Assembly (NCBI GenBank): GCA_001823095.1
Contig: MHTL01000012.1
Span: forward strand, 1,035 to 65,034
Reading direction: 5' to 3'
Source of the DNA: Candidatus Vogelbacteria bacterium RIFOXYD1_FULL_51_18
Lineage (GTDB): Bacteria; Patescibacteriota; Minisyncoccia; Phycocordibacterales; UBA9988
Length of the DNA: 64,000 nt
The position numbers and the translations under genes were made by a program. The notes beneath the pieces are model-generated. The model saw nothing but the letters and a program-made list of their open reading frames with translations. It was not told where the DNA came from and did no database searches. Shown here in pieces: positions 1 through 7,666 of the stretch. The number at the start of each line of letters is the position of its first letter. Position 1 is the stretch's first letter.

Positions 1-1384
1 GGTCCTCGCCGCTGTTCTCCACAATAGCGGCAATCGGCGACTCTGCGGCGCGGCGCAGTATCACCCGCGCGTAGGCGTTGATGGTATCAACGCTCTTCCC
101 CTCGTCAATGCCGAGCACTACGTTAAAAAGCGCAATGCCGCCGCCCGGAATAATCCCCTCTTCCATCGCGGCGCGCGTCGCGGCAACAGCATCTTCCACA
201 CGCTGTTTGAGCTCCTTTTGCGCGGACTCGGTCGGCGCGCCAACTTTAATCACCCCGACACCCCCCGAGAGCTTGCCGAGGCGCTCCTGCAGTTTCTCCT
301 TGTCATAGTTTGATTCCGTATTCTCAATCTGCTTTCTGATGGCAATCACACGCTCTTCCACGTCCGCCTTTTTCCCTTTGCCGCCCACGATCGTCGTCGC
401 GTCTTTACTCGCAATCACCCTGCGCGCACGGCCGAGCATGGCAAGTTCAATGCTCTCCAGCTTAAGCCCAACATCCTCTGAAATCACCTTTGCCCCCGTA
501 AGCACGGCAATGTCCGCGAGCATTTCCTTTTTGCGGTCGCCGAAGGCGGGCGCCTTCACCGCAAGCGCGTTAAATGTCCCGCGCAGTTTGTTGACGAGGA
601 GCGTGGTGAGCGCCTCGCCGTCCATGTCGTCGGCAATAATCACAAGGTCCTTCTTCCCCTTCTGCGCAAGCGACTCAAGCAGAGGCAAAATCTCTTTTAC
701 TGAAGAAATTTTTTTGTCAGTCACGAGGATGAAAGGGTCCTCGTACTCCGCCTCCATGCGGTCTGGATTGGTGATCATGTAGGGGGAGACGTAGCCCTTG
801 TCAAACTGCATGCCCTCCACAAGCTCGGAAGAGTTGAGGCCGGTGTTGGAATCCTCAATGGTCACCACCCCATCCTTGCCCACCTTCTTAATCACGTCTG
901 CAATAAGTTTACCGAGGTCGGCATCTTTAGAGGCAAGCGTTGCCACTTCTTCAATTTTTTTGGTGTCGTCAATAGACTCGCTCTGGTCCTCAAGCGCGGC
1001 AATGATGCTCTCGCTCTCGCGCATGAGCTCGTCGGCAAGATGGATAACGTTAAAGCCCTTTTCGGCGACGGCCTTCTCTCCTCCATCAATAATCGCCTGT
1101 GCGAGCACCACCGACGTCGTCGTCCCGTCACCCACATTGTCATTGGTCTTGTCGGCCGCCTGCTTGATAAGGTCGGCGCCCACGTTCTCGAACTTGTCTT
1201 CAAACTCTATTGCCTTGGCAACCGTCACGCCGTCCAAGGTAACCTGCGGCGCGCCGTAGCCTTTGTCTATCACCACCGCGCGGCCGCGGGGCCCGAGCGT
1301 CATCTTGACTGCCTCGGCAAGCGTATCAATCCCTTTTTTGAGGGACTTGCGCGCGTTATTGTTGAACAAAATTTGCTTCGCCAT
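1..1384 (-). CDS. groL: Chaperonin GroEL (60 kDa), C-terminus cut by window edge
   Basis: Reverse-strand translation from ATG at 1384 reads MAKQILFNNNARKSLKKGIDTLAEAVKMTLGPRGR...DGTTTSVVLAQ, the canonical GroEL N-terminus. The plus-strand ORFs listed over this span are shadow ORFs. Confidence 0.9.
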   Translation of the reverse strand, partial: MAKQILFNNNARKSLKKGIDTLAEAVKMTLGPRGRAVVIDKGYGAPQVTLDGVTVAKAIEFEDKFENVGADLIKQAADKTNDNVGDGTTTSVVLAQAIIDGGEKAVAEKGFNVIHLADELMRESESIIAALEDQSESIDDTKKIEEVATLASKDADLGKLIADVIKKVGKDGVVTIEDSNTGLNSSELVEGMQFDKGYVSPYMITNPDRMEAEYEDPFILVTDKKISSVKEILPLLESLAQKGKKDLVIIADDMDGEALTTLLVNKLRGTFNALAVKAPAFGDRKKEMLADIAVLTGAKVISEDVGLKLESIELAMLGRARRVIASKDATTIVGGKGKKADVEERVIAIRKQIENTESNYDKEKLQERLGKLSGGVGVIKVGAPTESAQKELKQRVEDAVAATRAAMEEGIIPGGGIALFNVVLGIDEGKSVDTINAYARVILRRAAESPIAAIVENSGED

Positions 1385-1470
1385 AATGTTTTAAGGAGTC
1401 GTATGCGATTTTTGAGACGCGTCGGAGCCCTTTAGGGTAAAGCGCGAAAAAATCGCATACGACGACTGCA

Positions 1471-1785
1471 TTAATCCTCAATGATTGCTAAAATGTTCGA
1501 CTCGCTGACAATTAGGTACTCCTTACCGTCAATCTTTATCTCATCGGGCCCGTACTTTGAAAAAATAATCCGGTCGCCTTTCTTGACCTTGAGCGGAACT
1601 AGCGCTCCTTCATTGTTCACTTTCCCCTCCCCGCAGGCCACCACTCGTCCCTCTTCAGGACGTTCCTTATTGACGGTATCGGGGATAATAATGCCGCTCT
1701 TGGTCTTGCCGTGCTTGTCTTCTTCCGAGACCGGCTCAACAAGAACACGGTCTCCGAGTGGCTTGATGCGTATTTTTTGAGCCAT
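1471..1785 (-). CDS. groS: Co-chaperonin GroES
   Basis: 104 aa, MAQKIRIKPLGDRVLVEP...GDRIIFSKYG, typical GroES. It lies immediately upstream of groEL on the same strand. Confidence 0.9.
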   Translation of the reverse strand: MAQKIRIKPLGDRVLVEPVSEEDKHGKTKSGIIIPDTVNKERPEEGRVVACGEGKVNNEGALVPLKVKKGDRIIFSKYGPDEIKIDGKEYLIVSESNILAIIED

Positions 1786-1827
1786 ATTTATACTATGTTA
1801 AAATAATAAAATCCTATGCGCACACGT

Positions 1828-1855
1828 ATTATAAGGATACGCGATTGACTGTCAA
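1828..1855 (-). promoter_or_regulatory. Candidate sigma70 promoter for groES-groEL
   Basis: Minus strand reads TTGACA, a 16-nt spacer, then TATAAT (plus-strand tgtcaa at 1850-1855, attata at 1828-1833). No CIRCE (TTAGCACTC-N9-GAGTGCTAA) was seen. Confidence 0.4.
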
Positions 1856-1881
1856 CTCTCCCCGTGCTACTCTAGACGCAC

Positions 1882-2127
1882 ATGCAAGGACTAGCCTCCG
1901 TACTTCCCTGGGTGCAAGTCGCGCTCTCTGTGCTCCTCGTCGCCGCCATTCTCGTACAGCAGAACGAAGCGGGTTTAGGCGCCGCATTTGGCGGCGGCGA
2001 CGGAGGCGGGCCTAACTTTCGCAAACGGGGTATTGAGAAAGTTATGTTTATTGCTACAATAGTTATTGCCATTCTTTTTGCCCTCTCCGCACTTGCGCCG
2101 GAGCTCTTGCGACTGGTGAGCCGCTAG
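1882..2127 (+). CDS. secG: Preprotein translocase subunit SecG-like small membrane protein
   Basis: 81 aa with two TM segments flanking a Gly-rich loop (LLVAAILVQQNEAGLGAAFGGGDGGG...RKRGIEK), the SecG pattern. Confidence 0.55.
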   Translation: MQGLASVLPWVQVALSVLLVAAILVQQNEAGLGAAFGGGDGGGPNFRKRGIEKVMFIATIVIAILFALSALAPELLRLVSR

Positions 2128-2148
2128 GAGGGTCCACTCTCTAGAATC

Positions 2149-3891
2149 GTGAACCAACAGGATACAGAAGCCTCGCGGCGCGTGTTGCCGACCACGGCTG
2201 AAATATCTGCGGTCAACCAATCATTTGGCTTCTATGGCCGTATCATTCTTTTTGCGCTCGCGGTAATCTCCATTGTTGCCGTGCTCGGCGGATCGTGGAA
2301 GCTCAACCAGTACGCGCTCGTCGAGGTACCCAAGAAGGGCGGCATCCTTACGGAAGGAGTCATCGGCACTCCCCGCTTCATCAATCCCGTCCTTGCCACA
2401 TCTGACGCGGACCGCGATCTCACCGCACTCATCTACTCGGGACTTATGCGCATAAGTAACGATGGGAGTCTGGAGCCCGACCTTGCCGAGAAGTACACGG
2501 TGAGCCCTGACGGGAGGCGCTACACCTTTACCCTCAAAAAGGATTCACTCTGGCACGATGGCAAGCCGGTCACGGCGGACGACGTTGTTTTTACCGTGCA
2601 GAAAGTCCTTGACCAGGAGCTCAAAAGCCCCCGGCGAGCGAACTGGGAAGGAGTCAGTGTACGGAAGGACGGCTCTTTTACCGTTGAATTCACTTTGCAG
2701 AGAGCATATGCCGCATTTCTTGAAAACACGACGCTTGGTATATTGCCTAAGCACCGTTGGAGCGGAATGAATGCGGAGCAATTTACCTTCAGCGAGTACA
2801 ACGGGGAGCCCATCGGCTCCGGCCCCTACAAAATTGCTTCCATCAGTCGGGATGACAACGGCATCCCCCGTTCCTATGAACTTGCTCCTTTTAAGCGCGC
2901 CGGGGTCTATGATGCAAAAATTGCGCTTACCATCACTTTTTATGGCAAGAGTGAGGACATGCTCACGGCGTACGAGCAGGGCAACATTGAGAGCATGAGC
3001 GCCATCCCTCCGCCTGTTGCACGGATATTGAGCAAGCGAGACATCCCTGTCGTTCAAGCGCCGCTCCCTCGCGTTTTTGGCGTCTTCGTCAACCAGAGCC
3101 GGGCGCCCATCTTTACCCATGCAGAAGTACGCACGGCGCTCTCGCTTGCCGCTCCAAGAGAGCGGATTGTGCAGGAAGTGCTCTATGGGTACGGAGAGAC
3201 AATTGACGGCCCCATACCTCCGGGGTCCTTCGGCTATATGAGCTCGCCCAACAGCACAAGCTCTCAAACTGAAAAGGCGCGAGAACTCCTTGAGAAAAAT
3301 GGTTGGATGGAAGGTTCTGATGGCGTGCGCGCTAAAACAAACAAGAACGGAACAGAGACTCTTGAATTCACCTTAGATACTTCTAATGTGCCGGAGCTGA
3401 AGGCGGTCGCGGAACTACTCAAGGAGGAGTGGGGGCGTATCGGAGTCTCGGTGCGCACGCAATACTTTGAAGAGAGCGACCTCAAGAACCTGGTCATCCG
3501 CCCGCGCAAGTATGATGCGCTCCTCTTTGGAGAGGTTGTGGGGCGCAACCCTGACCTCTTCTCTTTTTGGCACTCGTCACAGCGTCTTGACCCGGGGCTC
3601 AACATTGCGCTCTACACCAATGCCGCCGCAGACAAATTCCTTGAAGAAGAGAGGATAGCACTGACGGAAAACGAGCGGCGCGCGAAGATTGAGAATTTCC
3701 AAATCATTATTCGAGACGAGACACCAGCTATCTTTCTCTACTCTCCGCAATTTATTTACGTGCTACCGCGGGGGCTCAAGGGAGTGAAGCTCCCGCCGAT
3801 TACCACTCCATCAGAGCGCTTTGCGCGCATCTTTGAGTGGCATTACGAAACGGACCGCGTGTGGAAAATTTTTTCAAACTATTACAATTAG
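2149..3891 (+). CDS. Extracellular solute-binding protein, family 5 (Opp/Dpp-like), membrane anchored
   Basis: 580 aa with an N-terminal TM helix followed by an SBP_bac_5-like region (IGTPRFINPVLATSDADRDLTALIYSGLMR). Confidence 0.5.
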   Translation: MNQQDTEASRRVLPTTAEISAVNQSFGFYGRIILFALAVISIVAVLGGSWKLNQYALVEVPKKGGILTEGVIGTPRFINPVLATSDADRDLTALIYSGLMRISNDGSLEPDLAEKYTVSPDGRRYTFTLKKDSLWHDGKPVTADDVVFTVQKVLDQELKSPRRANWEGVSVRKDGSFTVEFTLQRAYAAFLENTTLGILPKHRWSGMNAEQFTFSEYNGEPIGSGPYKIASISRDDNGIPRSYELAPFKRAGVYDAKIALTITFYGKSEDMLTAYEQGNIESMSAIPPPVARILSKRDIPVVQAPLPRVFGVFVNQSRAPIFTHAEVRTALSLAAPRERIVQEVLYGYGETIDGPIPPGSFGYMSSPNSTSSQTEKARELLEKNGWMEGSDGVRAKTNKNGTETLEFTLDTSNVPELKAVAELLKEEWGRIGVSVRTQYFEESDLKNLVIRPRKYDALLFGEVVGRNPDLFSFWHSSQRLDPGLNIALYTNAAADKFLEEERIALTENERRAKIENFQIIIRDETPAIFLYSPQFIYVLPRGLKGVKLPPITTPSERFARIFEWHYETDRVWKIFSNYYN

Positions 3892-3900
3892 ACTACATTC

Positions 3901-5757
3901 ATGGATATACAAACAACGCCAAGGCGGAGGACGCAGCAACCGGGGAGGAGAACTTTCCAGCGGGGAGGTCGCAGGCCTGCGCGGCAGGGGACCGAGGGAC
4001 ATTCGGCACACAATCACAACGACCACGAGGATGTCCGCCGCGGCGAACGAGAACGCAAGCGCATGCCGATACCCAAGCTTGAACCGGGAGACATCCGCAT
4101 CATCCCGCTCGGCGGGGTTGAGGAGGTCGGCAAGAATATGACCGCCATTGAGTACGGCGGCGAGATTGTGGTTGTGGACATTGGTGTGCAATTCCCTGAT
4201 GAGCAGACACCGGGCGTTGATTACATTATCCCCGACACCTCCTACCTTGAAGAGCGCGCGTCTGCGGTCAAAGCAGTGCTCGTTACCCACGGACACCTTG
4301 ACCACATCGGCGGCATCCCTTTTGTAATGGGCAAAATCGGGAACCCCCCCATCTACACCACACTCCTCACCGCGGTGATGATTAAAAAGCGGCAGGAAGA
4401 ATTCCCCCACCTCGCCAAGCTCAACATTGAGGTCATCGCTCGCGGGGAAACCTTGCGCGTAGGAAAACATTTTTCCTTTAGATTCTTTGAGACCACGCAC
4501 ACTATCCCCGATACGGTGGGGATCATCATGGACACCCCGTATGGAAATATCGTCATGACCGGAGACATTAAGATTGACCATAAGAATGGCGTCCCCGAGC
4601 CACACGAGGTGGAGACGTTCTCCGCTATCGGTAAGGAAAAGAATCTGCTCCTCATCGCCGATTCCACCAACGTAGAGAAGCCCGGCTTCTCTTACTCCGA
4701 GCGTGACGTGCACATCAACCTGCATAAAATCATTTCCGAAGCAACCGGCCGGCTTATCGTCGGCACCTTTGCCTCGCTCTTGGAGCGCATCATCTTTATC
4801 ATCAAGGACGCGGAGGAAATGGGGAAAAAAATCGTGATTGAGGGACGCTCCATGAAGACAAATGTGGAAATCGCCAGGGAACTGGGGCTCCTCTCCGTGC
4901 ACCGCGGCACCATCATCCCCGCAGAGGAAATGCAGAACTACCCGGATAACAAAATCGTGGTGCTCGCGACCGGCGCGCAGGGCGACGAGTATGCGGCGCT
5001 CATGCGCATCTCCAACCGAGCCCACAAGACGGTCAAACTTAAAAAAGGAGATGTCACTCTCCTCTCCTCCTCGGTTATCCCGGGCAACGAGAAGGCGGTG
5101 CAGAAACTCAAAGATAACCTGGCACGGCAGGGGGCAAAAATTATCCACAACAACATTGCCGACGTGCACTCATCTGGCCACTCCTACGGCGGTGAGCTCC
5201 AATGGGTGCACGAGATGGTCAAGGCTCGCTTCTTCATGCCCGTGCACGGGTATCACCACATGCTCCGCGTGCATGCCGACATGGCCGAGCGTCTCGGCAC
5301 TCCCGAGAAGAACATCATCGTGCCGGACAACGGGAGCGTGATTGAAATTGTGGAGGAAGGGAAGCGTATCATCAAACGCAAGGAGAACGCCTCGGCCGGC
5401 ATCGTCATGGTGGACAGTCTTGGCACTGGCGACGTGAAGGATGTGGTTATTCGCGACCGGCAGATGCTCTCCGAGGAGGGCATCTTCATGATTGTTGCTA
5501 TAATTAATCTCAAGACTGGGAAGGTGCGCAAGTCTCCCGACATCATCTCACGCGGTTTTGTGTATTTGAAAGAGTCGCAGGACCTCCTGCATCGGGTTCG
5601 CTTCCTGATAAAGAAGACGATTGAGACCGCAACGAGCAAACAGCACCCGATCAACTTTGACTACGTGCGCAACGAGGTGCGAGAGACGGTCGGCAAGCTC
5701 CTCTTCCAGGAAACGCACAAGCGCCCTATCATACTCCCGGTACTCATTGAAGTGTAA
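3901..5757 (+). CDS. rnj: Ribonuclease J (metallo-beta-lactamase / beta-CASP RNase) with Arg-rich N-terminal extension
   Basis: HxHxDH motif (VLVTHGHLDHIGGIPF), beta-CASP domain and RNase J C-terminal domain. The first ~54 aa are Arg-rich low complexity; an alternative start is M at 4063. Confidence 0.85.
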   Translation: MDIQTTPRRRTQQPGRRTFQRGGRRPARQGTEGHSAHNHNDHEDVRRGERERKRMPIPKLEPGDIRIIPLGGVEEVGKNMTAIEYGGEIVVVDIGVQFPDEQTPGVDYIIPDTSYLEERASAVKAVLVTHGHLDHIGGIPFVMGKIGNPPIYTTLLTAVMIKKRQEEFPHLAKLNIEVIARGETLRVGKHFSFRFFETTHTIPDTVGIIMDTPYGNIVMTGDIKIDHKNGVPEPHEVETFSAIGKEKNLLLIADSTNVEKPGFSYSERDVHINLHKIISEATGRLIVGTFASLLERIIFIIKDAEEMGKKIVIEGRSMKTNVEIARELGLLSVHRGTIIPAEEMQNYPDNKIVVLATGAQGDEYAALMRISNRAHKTVKLKKGDVTLLSSSVIPGNEKAVQKLKDNLARQGAKIIHNNIADVHSSGHSYGGELQWVHEMVKARFFMPVHGYHHMLRVHADMAERLGTPEKNIIVPDNGSVIEIVEEGKRIIKRKENASAGIVMVDSLGTGDVKDVVIRDRQMLSEEGIFMIVAIINLKTGKVRKSPDIISRGFVYLKESQDLLHRVRFLIKKTIETATSKQHPINFDYVRNEVRETVGKLLFQETHKRPIILPVLIEV

Positions 5758-5758
5758 T

Positions 5759-6952
5759 ATGAGCGCCGCAAGGAATCGCCAAACCTTCCACATGATACAT
5801 GTCGCGGGATTTTTCTTCGCCGCGAATATGGCGCTTGCGGCCTACGTGAGCTCCTCCTTCTTGGTTCCTTTGGTGGGCGCGCGCGCCATCGGAATCGTCT
5901 ACGCGGCGGCGGCGCTTGCGGCGCTTCTCCTCATCAACAGCATGCCCCAGGCGATTGCAACGCTGGGAGCCCAGCGCGTCACCGCGCTCCTCGTGGTGGG
6001 GAGCTACGGGAGCCTGCTCACGCTTTATGGCTCGGGGACACCGGCGCTCTCGGTGCTCGCTTTTATTATTTACTACGCGCTCGGCATCAGCGTCATGTAC
6101 TGTTTTGACGTCTATCTGGAAGAGCTTTCTGTAAATGAGCGGACGGGGAGGATACGCGGCTTTTATCTCACCGTCACCAACACCGCATGGCTGCTCTCCC
6201 CTTACCTTGCGGGGGTACTTGCCGCCTACTCCATCAATCTGGTGTACCTTCTTGCGGCAGTCGCCGTCTCGCCCGCAGTGCTCATCGCGCTTCCAGGGCT
6301 TTCGCGCGCGCCCGACATTAGAGTGCCTGCCCGACAGCAAGGCGGACGCGCCTTTTCGGTGCCGCGCGCGCTCATGACGCTCGTGCGTGGGAGGAAGAGC
6401 AGATACAAAAACATCTACAACGCGCTCGTGCTTGACCTCATGCTCAACATTTTTTACGCAACGACGGTTGTCTTCATACCTCTCTACCTGCTTGCGCTGG
6501 GCTTCGGATGGGCACAGTTGGGGCTCATATTTACCGTCATGCTCACTCCCTTTGTTCTCTTCCAGTATGGACTCGGACGCCTTGCCGACCGCTATACGGG
6601 AGAACAGGAATTTATGGTGGCAGGAATTCTTATCATGGCGGCTTCGGCCTTCCTCATGTGGTGGAGCGTTTCGCAGAATCTCTACGTGTGGATGGGGATA
6701 CTCTTTCTCTCCCGTATTGGAGCCTGCTTTTTGGAAGTGATGAAGGAGAGCTACCTCTTCAAACACCTAGACAGCGGCGATATCGCCATTATTGCGCTCT
6801 CCAGGAACGCCATGCCGCTCTCCTATGTTCTTGCGCCGGCAGCGGCGAGCATGCTGCTCATCACGCTCCCCCTCCCCGCGCTCTTCCTCATCCTCGGCGC
6901 CGTGCTCCTCATGGGCCTCCCCTTTGCTCTCTCGCTCACAGATACGAGGTAA
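5759..6952 (+). CDS. MFS-type transporter (12 TM)
   Basis: The longer ORF frame (5621..6952) overlaps rnj. An in-frame ATG at 5759 lies 2 nt after the rnj stop. The product is a polytopic membrane protein with the MFS loop motif GLGRLADR. Confidence 0.5.
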   Translation: MSAARNRQTFHMIHVAGFFFAANMALAAYVSSSFLVPLVGARAIGIVYAAAALAALLLINSMPQAIATLGAQRVTALLVVGSYGSLLTLYGSGTPALSVLAFIIYYALGISVMYCFDVYLEELSVNERTGRIRGFYLTVTNTAWLLSPYLAGVLAAYSINLVYLLAAVAVSPAVLIALPGLSRAPDIRVPARQQGGRAFSVPRALMTLVRGRKSRYKNIYNALVLDLMLNIFYATTVVFIPLYLLALGFGWAQLGLIFTVMLTPFVLFQYGLGRLADRYTGEQEFMVAGILIMAASAFLMWWSVSQNLYVWMGILFLSRIGACFLEVMKESYLFKHLDSGDIAIIALSRNAMPLSYVLAPAAASMLLITLPLPALFLILGAVLLMGLPFALSLTDTR

Positions 6953-7120
6953 TTAAAAATGTACAAATCAATCCGCTGATTGGCAAAGAAAATGACAATG
7001 CAAAGTGCAAAATTGTGTATTTTGCGCTTCAACACGCGCATTCACTTTACTTGTAATTTATTATTTTCTGCTAAATTTCATTAAGAACCTTGAGATTTTG
7101 ACTTATTGGAGGACTTGTCT

Positions 7121-7568
7121 ATGACCGAAAATATGAAAAAGGGCGTTGATTACGTCGGGGTGTGTTGTCTATTTTTGCCATGATGGAAAAGGCAATTTCA
7201 TTATGGCGAAGCGTAACAACAACACTCGCGATGAACATGGATGCTGGGACATTGGCGGTGGCGGTCTTGAATTTGGAGATACGATAAAAGACACTATCCG
7301 TAAAGAAATTCAAGAGGAATACTCTACCAATGTTCTTAATTTTGAATTCCTCGGGTATCGCGATGTGCACCGAGAGCATCAAGGCAGCCCGACACATTGG
7401 ATTGCGCTTGATTTTAAAGTGCGCATTGACCCAACGAAAATTAAGAACGGCGAGCCTCACAAATTTGAGGAAGTGAAATTATTCACTCTCAATACCATTC
7501 CCGACAACGTACACTCACAGTTTCCAAATTTCTTGAGTCTCTACCGCAAGAGGATTGAGGCTCATTAA
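7121..7568 (+). pseudogene. NUDIX hydrolase with apparent +1 frameshift in a T5 run (7172-7176)
   Basis: A GGAGG RBS at 7108 precedes ATG 7121, which encodes MTENMKKGVDYVGVCCLFL and then hits a stop at 7181. The +1 frame continues CHDGKGNFIMAKR...GGGLEFGDTIKDTIRKEIQEEYS (Nudix box). Deleting one T restores a single ORF. Confidence 0.6.
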
Positions 7569-7666
7569 TTCTTTCCGCTATGTTCTCTTGAACCTCTAGC
7601 GGATATTTTTTCTTTGCTCGTGCGGAGTGCTGAAAAATTTTTGTCCAACCTCCGATGTTGGACATT

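Noticed and set aside
78-1435. Plus-strand ORFs (76-153 aa) across the first 1.4 kb
   Set aside because: They are antisense shadows of groEL, which reads cleanly on the minus strand from ATG 1384. They are low-complexity Ser/Ala-rich translations.
4063-5757. Alternative shorter RNase J start at Met55
   Set aside because: It cannot be decided from sequence alone, as neither start has a strong RBS. The longer ORF is kept with the alternative noted.
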